Shown here one piece after another: positions 23,401 to 38,400 of a stretch of 46,278 nt of DNA. Each line of letters begins with the position of its first letter. Within the stretch, counting starts at the first letter, position 1. The stretch comes from Nemertoderma westbladi (lineage: Eukaryota; Animalia; Xenacoelomorpha). The stretch covers positions 1 to 46,278 of the forward strand of contig JAUCBJ010003706.1 of NCBI GenBank assembly GCA_032718475.1, in the 5' to 3' direction. Below the pieces are notes generated by a model. It was given only the letters and a program-made list of their open reading frames with translations. It was not told where the DNA came from and searched no databases. The translations under genes were made by a program, and so were the position numbers.

Positions 23401-26400
23401 AGGAACCACAGAACGGATAAACTTAGTGGGAGTAGGGAAAGGTAGAACGGCTACACTTAGTGAGAGTACGGAACGGTAAGGAACCACAGAACGGGTAAAC
23501 TTATTGAGAGTAGGGAACGGTAAGGAACCACAGAACGGCTAAACTTAGTGGTAGTACGGAACGGTAAGGAACCACAGAACGGATAAACTTAGTGGGAGTA
23601 CGGAACGGTAGAACGGCTACACGTAGTGAGAGTACGGAACGGTAAGGAACCACAGAACGGGTAGACTTATTGAGAGTAGGGAACGGTAAGGAACCACAGA
23701 ACGGCTAAACTTAGTGGTAGTACGGAAAGGTAAGGAACCACAGAACGGATAAACTTAGTGGTAGTACGGAACGGTAAGGAACCACAGAACGGATAAACTT
23801 AGTGGTAGTACGGAACGGTAAGGAACCACAGTACGGATAAACTTAGTGGTAGTACGGAACGGTAAGGAACCACAGAACCGATAAACTTAGTGGTAGTACG
23901 GAACGGTAGAACGGCTACACTTAGTGAGAGTACGGAACGGTAAGGAACCACAGAACGATTAAACTTAGTGGTAGTACGGAACGGTAAGGAACCACAGAAC
24001 GGATAAACTTAGTGGTAGTACGGAACGGTAAGGAACCACAGAACGGATAAACTTAGTGGTAGTACGGAACGGTAAGGAACCACAGAACGGATAAACTTAG
24101 TGAGAGTACGGAACGGTAAGGAACCACAGAACGGATAAACTTAGTGAGAGTACGGAACGGTAAGGAACCACAGAACGGATAAACTTAGTGGTAGTACGGA
24201 ACGGTAAGGAACCACAGAACGGATAAACTTAGTGAGAGTACGGAACGGTAAGGAACCACAGAACGATTAAACTTAGTGGTAGTACGGAACGGTAAGGAAC
24301 CACAGAACGGATAAACTTAGTGGTAGTACGGAACGGTAAGGAACCACAGAACGGCTAAACTTAGTGGTAGTACGGAACGGTAAGGAACCACAAAACGGAT
24401 AAACTTAAAGGTAGTACGGAACGGTAAGGAACCATAGAACGGATAAACTTAGTGAGAGTACGGAACGGTAAGGAACCACAGAACGGATAAACTTAGTGGT
24501 AGTACGGAACGGTAGAACGGCTACACTTAGTGAGAGTACGGAACGGTAAGGAACCACAGAACGGCTAAACTTAGTGGTAGTACGGAACGGTAAGGAACCA
24601 CAGAACGGATATACTTAGTGGTAGTACGGAACGGTAAGGAACCACAGAACGGATAAACTTAGTGGTAGTACGGAACGGTAAGGAATCACAGAACGGATAA
24701 ACTTAGTGGGAGTACGGAACGGTAAGGAACCACAGAACGGATAAACTTAGTGGGAGTAAGGAACGGTAGAACGGCTACACTTAGTGAGAGTACGGAACAG
24801 GTAATGAACCACAGAACGGGTAAACTTATTGAGAGTAGGGATCGGTAAGGAACCACAGAACGGATAAACTTAGTGAGAGTACGGAACGGTAAGGAACCAC
24901 AGAACGGATAAACTTAGTGAGAGTACGGAACGGTAAGGAACCACAGAACGGATAAACTTAGTGGTAGTACGGAACGGTAAGGAACCACAGAACGGGTAAA
25001 CTTATTGAGAGTACGGAACGGTAAGGAACCATAGAACGGATAAACTTAGTGGTAGTACGGAACGGTAAGGAACCACAGAACGGATAAACTTAGTGAGACT
25101 ACGGAACGATAAGGAACCACAAAACGGATAAACTTAATGGTAGTACTTAACGGTAAGGAACCATAGAACGGATAAACTTAGTGAGAGTACGGAACGGTAA
25201 GGAACCACAGAACGGATAAACTTAGTGGTAGTACGGAACGGTAGAACGGCTACACTTAGTGAGAGTACGGAACGGTAAGGAACCACAGAACGGCTAAACT
25301 TAGTGGTAGTACGGAACGGTAAGGAACCACAGAACGGATATACTTAGTGGTAGTACGGAACGGTAAGGAACCACAGAACGGATAAACTTAGTGGTAGTAC
25401 GGAACGGTAAGGAATCACAGAACGGATAAACTTAGTGGGAGTACGGAACGGTAAGGAACCACAGAACGGATAAACTTAGTGGGAGTAAGGAACGGTAGAA
25501 CGGCTACACTTAGTGAGAGTACGGAACAGGTAATGAACCACAGAACGGGTAAACTTATTGAGAGTAGGGAACGGTAAGGAACCACAGAACGGCTAAACTT
25601 ATTGAGAGTACGGAACGGTAAGGAACCACAGAACGGCTAAACTTAGTGGTAGTACGGAACGGTAAGGAACCACAGAACGGATAAACTTAGTGGGAGTACG
25701 GAACTGTAAGGAACCACAGAACGGGTAAACTTATTGAGAGTAGGGAACGGTAAGGAACCACAGAACGGCTAAACTTAGTGGTAGTACGGAACGGTAAGAA
25801 CCACAGAACGGATAAACTTAGTGGTAGTACGGAACGGTAAGGAACCACAGAACGGATAAACTTATTGAGAGTAGGGAACGGTAAGGAACCACAGAACGGC
25901 TAAACTTAGTGGTAGTACGGAACGGTAAGGAACCACAGAACGGATAAACTTAGTGGTAGTACGGAACGGTAAGGAACCACAGAACGGATAAACTTAGTGG
26001 GAGTAGGGAAAGGTAGAACGGCTACACTTAGTGAGAGTACGGAACGGTAAGGAACCACAGAACGGGTAAACTTATTGAGAGTAGGGAACGGTAAGGAACC
26101 ACAGAACGGCTAAACTTAGTGGTAGTACGGAACGGTAAGGAACCACAGAACGGATAAACTTAGTGGGAGTACGGAACGGTAGAACGGCTACACGTAGTGA
26201 GAGTACGGAACGGTAAGGAACCACAGAACGGGTAGACTTATTGAGAGTAGGGAACGGTAAGGAACCACAGAACGGCTAAACTTAGTGGTAGTACGGAAAG
26301 GTAAGGAACCACAGAACGGATAAACTTAGTGGTAGTACGGAACGGTAAGGAACCACAGAACGGATAAACTTAGTGGTAGTACGGAACGGTAAGGAACCAC

Positions 26401-29400
26401 AGTACGGATAAACTTAGTGGTAGTACGGAACGGTAAGGAACCACAGAACCGATAAACTTAGTGGTAGTACGGAACGGTAGAACGGCTACACTTAGTGAGA
26501 GTACGGAACGGTAAGGAACCACAGAACGATTAAACTTAGTGGTAGTACGGAACGGTAAGGAACCACAGAACGGATAAACTTAGTGGTAGTACGGAACGGT
26601 AAGGAACCACAGAACGGATAAACTTAGTGGTAGTACGGAACGGTAAGGAACCACAGAACGGATAAACTTAGTGAGAGTACGGAACGGTAAGGAACCACAG
26701 AACGGATAAACTTAGTGGTAGTACGGAACGGTAAGGAACCACAGAACGGATAAACTTAGTGAGAGTACGGAACGGTAAGGAACCACAGAACGATTAAACT
26801 TAGTGGTAGTACGGAACGGTAAGGAACCACAGAACGGATAAACTTAGTGGTAGTACGGAACGGTAAGGAACCACAGAACGGCTAAACTTAGTGGTAGTAC
26901 GGAACGGTAAGGAACCACAGAACGGATAAACTTAGTGGGAGTACGGAACGGTAGAACGGCTACACGTAGTGAGAGTACGGAACGGTAAGGAACCACAGAA
27001 CGGGTAAACTTATTGAGAGTAGGGAACGGTAAGGAACCACAGAACGGCTAAACTTAGTGGTAGTACGGAAAGGTAAGGAACCACAGAACGGATAAACTTA
27101 GTGGTAGTACGGAACGGTAAGGAACCACAGAACGGATAAACTTAGTGGTAGTACGGAACGGTAAGGAACCACAGTACGGATAAACTTAGTGGTAGTACGG
27201 AACGGTAAGGAACCACAGAACCGATAAACTTAGTGGTAGTACGGAACGGTAAGGAACCACAGAACGGATAAACTTAGTGAGAGTACGGAACGGTAGGGAA
27301 CCACAGAACGGATAAACTTAGTGGTAGTACGGAACGGTAAGGAACCACAGAACGGATAAACTTAGTGAGAGTACGGAACGGTAAGGAACCACAGAACGAT
27401 TAAACTTAGTGGTAGTACGGAACGGTAAGGAACCACAGAACGGATAAACTTAGTGGTAGTACGGAACGGTAAGGAACCACAGAACGGATAAACTTAGTGG
27501 TAGTACGGAACGGTAAGGAACCACAGTACGGATAAACTTAGTGGTAGTACGGAACGGTAAGGAACCACAGAACGGATAAACTTAGTGGTAGTACGGAACG
27601 GTAGAACGGCTACACTTAGTGAGAGTACGGAACAGGTAATGAACCACAGAACGGGTAAACTTATTGAGAGTAGGGAACGGTAAGGAACCACAGAACGGCT
27701 AAACTTATTGAGAGTACGGAACGGTAAGGAACCACAGAACGGCTAAACTTAGTGGTAGTACGGAACGGTAAGGAACCACAGAACGGATAAACTTAGTGGG
27801 AGTACGGAACTGTAAGGAACCACAGAACGGGTAAACTTATTGAGAGTAGGGAACGGTAAGGAACCACAGAACGGCTAAACTTAGTGGTAGTACGGAACGG
27901 TAAGAACCACAGAACGGATAAACTTAGTGGTAGTACGGAACGGTAAGGAACCACAGAACGGATAAACTTATTGAGAGTAGGGAACGGTAAGGAACCACAG
28001 AACGGCTAAACTTAGTGGTAGTACGGAACGGTAAGGAACCACAGAACGGATAAACTTAGTGGTAGTACGGAACGGTAAGGAACCACAGAACGGATAAACT
28101 TAGTGGGAGTAGGGAAAGGTAGAACGGCTACACTTAGTGAGAGTACGGAACGGTAAGGAACCACAGAACGGGTAAACTTATTGAGAGTAGGGAACGGTAA
28201 GGAACCACAGAACGGCTAAACTTAGTGGTAGTACGGAACGGTAAGGAACCACAGAACGGATAAACTTAGTGGGAGTACGGAACGGTAGAACGGCTACACG
28301 TAGTGAGAGTACGGAACGGTAAGGAACCACAGAACGGGTAGACTTATTGAGAGTAGGGAACGGTAAGGAACCACAGAACGGCTAAACTTAGTGGTAGTAC
28401 GGAAAGGTAAGGAACCACAGAACGGATAAACTTAGTGGTAGTACGGAACGGTAAGGAACCACAGAACGGATAAACTTAGTGGTAGTACGGAACGGTAAGG
28501 AACCACAGTACGGATAAACTTAGTGGTAGTACGGAACGGTAAGGAACCACAGAACCGATAAACTTAGTGGTAGTACGGAACGGTAGAACGGCTACACGTA
28601 GTGAGAGTACGGAACGGTAAGGAACCACAGAACGGATAAACTTAGTGGTAGTACGGAACGGTAAGGAACCACAGAACGGATAAACTTAGTGGTAGTACGG
28701 AACGGTAAGGAACCACAGAACGGATAAACTTAGTGAGAGTACGGAACGGTAAGGAACCACAGAACGGATAAACTTAGTGGTAGTACGGAACGGTAAGGAA
28801 CCACAGAACGGATAAACTTAGTGAGAGTACGGAACGGTAAGGAACCACAGAACGATTAAACTTAGTGGTAGTACGGAACGGTAAGGAACCACAGAACGGA
28901 TAAACTTAGTGGTAGTACGGAACGGTAAGGAACCACAGAACGGCTAAACTTAGTGGTAGTACGGAACGGTAAGGAACCACAGAACGGATAAACTTAGTGG
29001 GAGTACGGAACGGTAGAACGGCTACACGTAGTGAGAGTACGGAACGGTAAGGAACCACAGAACGGGTAAACTTATTGAGAGTAGGGAACGGTAAGGAACC
29101 ACAGAACGGCTAAACTTAGTGGTAGTACGGAAAGGTAAGGAACCACAGAACGGATAAACTTAGTGGTAGTACGGAACGGTAAGGAACCACAGAACGGATA
29201 AACTTAGTGGTAGTACGGAACGGTAAGGAACCACAGTACGGATAAACTTAGTGGTAGTACGGAACGGTAAGGAACCACAGAACCGATAAACTTAGTGGTA
29301 GTACGGAACGGTAAGGAACCACAGAACGGATAAACTTAGTGAGAGTACGGAACGGTAGGGAACCACAGAACGGATAAACTTAGTGGTAGTACGGAACGGT

Positions 29401-32400
29401 AAGGAACCACAGAACGGATAAACTTAGTGAGAGTACGGAACGGTAAGGAACCACAGAACGATTAAACTTAGTGGTAGTACGGAACGGTAAGGAACCACAG
29501 AACGGATAAACTTAGTGGTAGTACGGAACGGTAAGGAACCACAGAACGGATAAACTTAGTGGTAGTACGGAACGGTAAGGAACCACAGTACGGATAAACT
29601 TAGTGGTAGTACGGAACGGTAAGGAACCACAGAACGGATAAACTTAGTGGTAGTACGGAACGGTAGAACGGCTACACTTAGTGAGAGTACGGAACGGTAA
29701 GGAACCACAGAACGATTAAACTTAGTGGTAGTACGGAACGGTAAGGAACCACAGAACGATTAAACTTAGTGGTAGTACGGAACGGTAAGGAACCACAGAA
29801 CGGATAAACTTAGTGGTAGTACGGAACGGTAAGGAACCACAGAACGGATAAACTTAGTGGTAGTACGGAACGGTAAGGAACCACAGAACGGATAAACTTA
29901 GTGAGAGTACGGAACGGTAAGGAACCACAGAACGGATAAACTTAGTGGTAGTACGGAATGGTAAGGAACCACAGAACGGATAAACTTAGTGAGAGTACGG
30001 AACGGTAAGGAACCACAGAACGATTAAACTTAGTGGTAGTACGGAACGGTAAGGAACCACAGAACGGATAAACTTAGTGGTAGTACGGAACGGTAAGGAA
30101 CCACAGAACGGATAAACTTAGTGGTAGTACGGAACGGTAAGGAACCACAGAACGGATAAACTTAGTGAGAGTACGGAACGGTAAGGAACCACAGAACGGG
30201 TAAACTTATTGAGAGTACGGAACGGTAGAACGGCTACACTTAGTGAGAGTACGGAACGGTAAGGAACCACAGAACGGGTAAACTTATTGAGAGTACGGAA
30301 CGGTAGAACGGCTACACTTAGTGAGAGTACGGAACGGTAAGGAACCACAGAACGGGTAAACTTAGTGGTAGTACGTAACGGTAAGGAACCACAGAACGGA
30401 TAAACTTAGTGGGAGTACGGAACGGTAGAACGGCTACACTTAGTGAGAGTAGGGAACGGTAAGGAACCACAGAACGCATAAACTTAGTGGTAGTACGGAA
30501 CGGTAAGGAACCACAGAACGGATAAACTTAGTGGTAGTACGGAACGGTAAGGAACCACAGAACGGATAAACTTAGTGAGAGTACGGAACGGTAAGGAACC
30601 ACAGAACGATTAAACTTAGTGGTAGTACGGAACGGTAAGGAACCACAGAACGGATAAACTTAGTGGTAGTACGGAACGGTAAGGAACCACAGAACGGATA
30701 AACTTAGTGGTAGTACGGAACGGTAAGGAACCACAGAACGGATAAACTTAGTGAGAGTACGGAACGGTAAGGAACCACAGAACGGGTAAACTTATTGAGA
30801 GTACGGAACGGTAGAACGGCTACACTTAGTGAGAGTACGGAACGGTAAGGAACCACAGAACGGGTAAACTTATTGAGAGTACGGAACGGTAGAACGGCTA
30901 CACTTAGTGAGAGTACGGAACGGTAAGGAACCACAGAACGGGTAAACTTAGTGGTAGTACGTAACGGTAAGGAACCACAGAACGGATAAACTTAGTGGGA
31001 GTACGGAACGGTAGAACGGCTACACTTAGTGAGAGTAGGGAACGGTAAGGAACCACAGAACGCATAAACTTAGTGGTAGTACGGAACGGTAAGGAACCAC
31101 AGAACGGATAAACTTAGTGGTAGTACGGAACGGTAAGGAACCACAGAACGGATAAACTTAGTGGGAGTACGGAACGGTAGAACGGCTACACGTAGTGAGA
31201 GTACGGAACGGTAAGGAACCACAGAACGAGTAAACTTATTGAGAGTAGGGAACGGTAAGGAACCACAGAACAGCTAAACTTAGTGGTAGTACGGAAAGGT
31301 AAGGAACCACAGAACGGATAAACTTAGTGGTAGTACGGAACGGTAAGGAACCACAGAACGGATAAACTTAGTGGTAGTACGGAACGGTAAGGAACCACAG
31401 TACGGATAAACTTAGTGGTAGTACGGAACGGTAAGGAACCACAGAACCGATAAACTTAGTGGTAGTACGGAACGGTAGAACGGCTACACTTAGTGAGAGT
31501 ACGGAACGGTAAGGAACCACAGAACGATTAAACTTAGTGGTAGTACGGAACGGTAAGGAACCACAGAACGGATAAACTTAGTGGTAGTACGGAACGGTAA
31601 GGAACCACAGAACGGATAAACTTAGTGGTAGTACGGAACGGTAAGGAACCACAGAACGGATAAACTTAGTGAGAGTACGGAACGGTAGGGAACCACAGAA
31701 CGGATAAACTTAGTGGTAGTACGGAGCGGTAAGGAACCACAGAACGGATAAACTTAGTGAGAGTACGGAACGGTAAGGAACCACAGAACGATTAAACTTA
31801 GTGGTAGTACGGAACGGTAAGGAACCACAGAACGGATAAACTTAGTGGTAGTACGGAACGGTAAGGAACCACAGAACGATTAAACTTAGTGGTAGTACGG
31901 AACGGTAAGGAACCACAGAACGGATAAACTTAGTGGTAGTACGGAACGGTAAGGAACCACAGAACGGATAAACTTAGTGGTAGTACGGAACGGTAAGGAA
32001 CCACAGTACGGATAAACTTAGTGGTAGTACGGAACGGTAAGGAACCACAGAACGGATAAACTTAGTGGTAGTACGGAACGGTAGAACGGCTACACTTAGT
32101 GAGAGTACGGAACGGTAAGGAACCACAGAACGATTAAACTTAGTGGTAGTACGGAACGGTAAGGAACCACAGAACGATTAAACTTAGTGGTAGTACGGAA
32201 CGGTAAGGAACCACAGAACGGATAAACTTAGTGGTAGTACGGAACGGTAAGGAACCACAGAACGGATAAACTTAGTGGTAGTACGGAACGGTAAGGAACC
32301 ACAGAACGGATAAACTTAGTGAGAGTACGGAACGGTAAGGAACCACAGAACGGATAAACTTAGTGGTAGTACGGAATGGTAAGGAACCACAGAACGGATA

Positions 32401-35400
32401 AACTTAGTGAGAGTACGGAACGGTAAGGAACCACAGAACGATTAAACTTAGTGGTAGTACGGAACGGTAAGGAACCACAGAACGGATAAACTTAGTGGTA
32501 GTACGGAACGGTAAGGAACCACAGAACGGATAAACTTAGTGGTAGTACGGAACGGTAAGGAACCACAGAACGGATAAACTTAGTGAGAGTACGGAACGGT
32601 AAGGAACCACAGAACGGGTAAACTTATTGAGAGTACGGAACGGTAGAACGGCTACACTTAGTGAGAGTACGGAACGGTAAGGAACCACAGAACGGGTAAA
32701 CTTATTGAGAGTACGGAACGGTAGAACGGCTACACTTAGTGAGAGTACGGAACGGTAAGGAACCACAGAACGGGTAAACTTAGTGGTAGTACGTAACGGT
32801 AAGGAACCACAGAACGGATAAACTTAGTGGGAGTACGGAACGGTAGAACGGCTACACTTAGTGAGAGTAGGGAACGGTAAGGAACCACAGAACGCATAAA
32901 CTTAGTGGTAGTACGGAACGGTAAGGAACCACAGAACGGATAAACTTAGTGGTAGTACGGAACGGTAAGGAACCACAGAACGGATAAACTTAGTGAGAGT
33001 ACGGAACGGTAAGGAACCACAGAACGATTAAACTTAGTGGTAGTACGGAACGGTAAGGAACCACAGAACGGATAAACTTAGTGGTAGTACGGAACGGTAA
33101 GGAACCACAGAACGGATAAACTTAGTGGTAGTACGGAACGGTAAGGAACCACAGAACGGATAAACTTAGTGAGAGTACGGAACGGTAAGGAACCACAGAA
33201 CGGGTAAACTTATTGAGAGTACGGAACGGTAGAACGGCTACACTTAGTGAGAGTACGGAACGGTAAGGAACCACAGAACGGGTAAACTTATTGAGAGTAC
33301 GGAACGGTAGAACGGCTACACTTAGTGAGAGTACGGAACGGTAAGGAACCACAGAACGGGTAAACTTAGTGGTAGTACGTAACGGTAAGGAACCACAGAA
33401 CGGATAAACTTAGTGGGAGTACGGAACGGTAGAACGGCTACACTTAGTGAGAGTAGGGAACGGTAAGGAACCACAGAACGCATAAACTTAGTGGTAGTAC
33501 GGAACGGTAAGGAACCACAGAACGGATAAACTTAGTGGTAGTACGGAACGGTAAGGAACCACAGAACGGATAAACTTAGTGGGAGTACGGAACGGTAGAA
33601 CGGCTACACGTAGTGAGAGTACGGAACGGTAAGGAACCACAGAACGAGTAAACTTATTGAGAGTAGGGAACGGTAAGGAACCACAGAACAGCTAAACTTA
33701 GTGGTAGTACGGAAAGGTAAGGAACCACAGAACGGATAAACTTAGTGGTAGTACGGAACGGTAAGGAACCACAGAACGGATAAACTTAGTGGTAGTACGG
33801 AACGGTAAGGAACCACAGTACGGATAAACTTAGTGGTAGTACGGAACGGTAAGGAACCACAGAACCGATAAACTTAGTGGTAGTACGGAACGGTAGAACG
33901 GCTACACTTAGTGAGAGTACGGAACGGTAAGGAACCACAGAACGATTAAACTTAGTGGTAGTACGGAACGGTAAGGAACCACAGAACGGATAAACTTAGT
34001 GGTAGTACGGAACGGTAAGGAACCACAGAACGGATAAACTTAGTGGTAGTACGGAACGGTAAGGAACCACAGAACGGATAAACTTAGTGAGAGTACGGAA
34101 CGGTAGGGAACCACAGAACGGATAAACTTAGTGGTAGTACGGAGCGGTAAGGAACCACAGAACGGATAAACTTAGTGAGAGTACGGAACGGTAAGGAACC
34201 ACAGAACGATTAAACTTAGTGGTAGTACGGAACGGTAAGGAACCACAGAACGGATAAACTTAGTGGTAGTACGGAACGGTAAGGAACCACAGAACGGATA
34301 AACTTAGTGGTAGTACGGAACGGTAAGGAACCACAGTATGGATAAACTTAGTGGTAGTACGGAACGGTAAGGAACCACAGAACGGATAAACTTAGTGGTA
34401 GTACGGAACGGTAGAACGGCTACACTTAGTGAGAGTACGGAACGGTAAGGAACCACAGAACGATTAAACTTAGTGGTAGTACGGAACGGTAAGGAACCAC
34501 AGAACGATTAAACTTAGTGGTAGTACGGAACGGTAAGGAACCACAGAACGGATAAACTTAGTGGTAGTACGGAACGGTAAGGAACCACAGAACGGATAAA
34601 CTTAGTGGTAGTACGGAACGGTAAGGAACCACAGAACGGATAAACTTAGTGAGAGTACGGAACGGTAAGGAACCACAGAACGGATAAACTTAGTGGTAGT
34701 ACGGAACGGTAAGGAACCACAGAACGGATAAACTTAGTGAGAGTACGGAACGGTAAGGAACCACAGAACGATTAAACTTAGTGGTAGTACGGAACGGTAA
34801 GGAACCACAGAACGGATAAACTTAGTGGTAGTACGGAACGGTAAGGAACCACAGAACGGATAAACTTAGTGGTAGTACGGAACGGTAAGGAACCACAGAA
34901 CGGATAAACTTAGTGAGAGTACGGAACGGTAAGGAACCACAGAACGGGTAAACTTATTGAGAGTACGGAACGGTAGAACGGCTACACTTAGTGAGAGTAC
35001 GGAACGGTAAGGAACCACAGAACGGGTAAACTTATTGAGAGTACGGAACGGTAGAACGGCTACACTTAGTGAGAGTACGGAACGGTAAGGAACCACAGAA
35101 CGGGTAAACTTAGTGGTAGTACGTAACGGTAAGGAACCACAGAACGGATAAACTTAGTGGGAGTACGGAACGGTAGAACGGCTACACTTAGTGAGAGTAG
35201 GGAACGGTAAGGAACCACAGAACGCATAAACTTAGTGGTAGTACGGAACGGTAAGGAACCACAGAACGGATAAACTTAGTGGTAGTACGGAACGGTAAGG
35301 AACCACAGAACGGATAAACTTAGTGAGAGTACGGAACGGTAAGGACCCACAGAACGGGTAAACTTATTGAGAGTACGGAACGGTAGAACGGCTACACTTA

Positions 35401-38400
35401 GTGAGAGTACGGAACGGTAAGGAACCACAGAACGGGTAAACTTATTGAGAGTACGGAACGGTAGAACGGCTACACTTAGTGAGAGTACGGAACGGTAAGG
35501 AACCACAGAACGGATAAACTTAGTGGTAGTACGTAACGGTAAGGAACCACAGAACGGGTAAACTTATTGAGAGTACGGAACGGTAGAACGGCTACACTTA
35601 GTGAGAGTACGGAACGGTAAGGAACCACAGAACGGATAAACTTAGTGGTAGTACGTAACGGTAAGGAACCACAGAACGGATAAACTTAGTGAGAGTACGG
35701 AACGGTAAGGACCCACAGAACGGGTAAACTTATTGAGAGTACGGAACGGTAGAACGGCTACACTTAGTGAGAGTACGGAACGGTAAGGAACCACAGAACG
35801 GGTAAACTTATTGAGAGTACGGAACGGTAGAACGGCTACACTTAGTGAGAGTACGGAACGGTAAGGAACCACAGAACGGATAAACTTAGTGAGAGTACGG
35901 AACGGTAAGGACCCACAGAACGGGTAAACTTATTGAGAGTACGGAACGGTAGAACGGCTACACTTAGTGAGAGTACGGAACGGTAAGGAACCACAGAACG
36001 GGTAAACTTATTGAGAGTACGGAACGGTAGAACGGCTACACTTAGTGAGAGTAGGGAACGGCAAGGAACCACAGAACGGCTTAACTTAGTGGTAGTACGG
36101 AACGGTAAGGAACCACAGAACGGATAAACTTAGTGGTAGTACGGAACGGTAAGGAACCACAGAACGGATAAACTTAGTGGTAGTACGGAACGGTAAGGAA
36201 CCACAGAACGATTAAACTTAGTGGTAGTACGGAACGGTAAGGAACCACAGAACGGATAAACTTAATGGTAGTACGGAACGGGAAGGAACCACAGAACGGA
36301 TAAACTTAGTGGTAGTACGGAACGGTAAGGAACCACAGAACGGATAAACTTAGTGAGAGTACGGAACGGTAGAACGGCTACACTTAGTGAGAGTACGGAA
36401 CGGTAAGGAACCACAGAACGGGTAAACTTATTGAGAGTACGGAACGGTAGAACGGCTACACTTAGTGAGAGTACGGGACGGTAAGGAACCACAGAACGGG
36501 TAAACGTAGTGGTAGTAAGTAACGGTAAGGAACCACAGAACGGGTAAACTTATTGAGAGTACGGAACGGTAGAACGGCTACACTTAGTGAGAGTACGGAA
36601 CGGTAAGGAACCACAGAACGGATAAACTTAGTGGTAGTACGGAACGATAAGGAACCACAGAACGGATAAACTTAGTGGTAGTACGGAACGGTAAGGAACC
36701 ACAGAACGGATAAACTTAGTGAGAGTACGGAACGGTAGAACGGCTACACTTAGTGAGAGTACGGAACGATAAGGAACCACAGAACGGGTAAACTTATTCA
36801 GAGTACGGAACGGTAGAACGGCTACACTTAGTGAGAGTACGGAACGGTAAGGAACCACAGAACGGGTAAACTTATTGAGAGTACGGAACGGTAGAACGGC
36901 TACACTTAGTGAGAGTACGGAACGGTAAGGAACCACAGAACGGGTAAACTTAGTGGTAGTACGTAACGGTAAGGAACCACAGAACTGATAAACTTAGTGG
37001 TAGTACGGAACGGTAGAACAGCTACACTTAGTGAGAGTAGGGAACGGTAAGGAACCACAGAACGGGTAAACTTATTGAGAGTACGGAACGGTAGAACGGC
37101 TACACTTAGTGAGAGTACGGGACGGTAAGGAACCACAGAACGATTAAACTTAGTGGTAGTACGGAACGGTAAGGAACCACAGAACGATTAAACTTAGTGG
37201 TAGTACGGAACGGTAAGGAACCACAGAACGATTAAACTTAGTGGTAGTACGGAACGGTAAGGAACCACAGAACGGATAAACTTAGTGGTAGTACGGAACG
37301 GTAAGGAACCACAGAACGGATAAACTTAGTGGTAGTACGGAACGGTAAGGAACCACAGAACGGATAAACTTAGTGAGAGTACGGAACGGTAAGGAACCAC
37401 AGCACAGAACGGATAAACTTAGTGGTAGTACGGAACGGTAAGGAACCACAGAACGGATAAACTTAGTGAGAGTACGGAACGGTAAGGAACCACAGAACGA
37501 TTAAACTTAGTGGTAGTACGGAACGGTAAGGAACCACACAACGGATAAACTTAGTGGTAGTACGGAACGGTAAGGAACCACAGAACGGATAAACTTAGTG
37601 GTAGTACGGAATGGTAAGGAACCACAGAACGGATAAACTTAGTGAGAGTACGGAACGGTAAGGAACCACAGAACGGGTAAACTTATTGAGAGTACGGAAC
37701 GGTAGAACGGCTACACTTAGTGAGAGTACGGAACGGTAAGGAACCACAGAACGGGTAAACTTATTGAGAGTACGGAACGGTAGAACGGCTACACTTAGTG
37801 AGAGTACGGAACGGTAAGGAACCACAGAACGGATAAACTTAGTGGTAGTACGGAACGGTAAGGAACCACAGAACGGATAAACTTAGTGAGAGTACGGAAC
37901 GGTAGAACAGCTACACTTAGTGAGAGTACGGAACGGTAAGGAACCACAGAACGGGTAAACTTATTGAGAGTACGGAACGGTAGAACGGCTACACTTAGTG
38001 AGAGTACGGAACGGTAAGGAACCACAGAACGGGTAAACTTATTGAGAGTACGGAACGGTAGAACGGCTACACTTAGTGAGAGTACGGAACGGTAAGGAAC
38101 CACAGAACGGGTAAACTTAGTGGTAGTAAGTAACGGTAAGGAACCACAGAATGGATAAACTTAGTGGGAGTACGGAACGGTAGAACGGCTACACTTAGTG
38201 AGAGTACGGAACGGTAAGGAACCACAGAACGGGTAAACTTAGTGAGAGTACGAAACCATAGAACGGATAAACTTAGTGGTAGTACGGAACGGTAAGGAAC
38301 CACAGAACGGATAAACTTAGTGGTAGTACGGAACGGTAAGGAACCACAGAACAGATAAACTTATTAAGAGTACGGAACGGTAAGGAACCACAAAACGGAT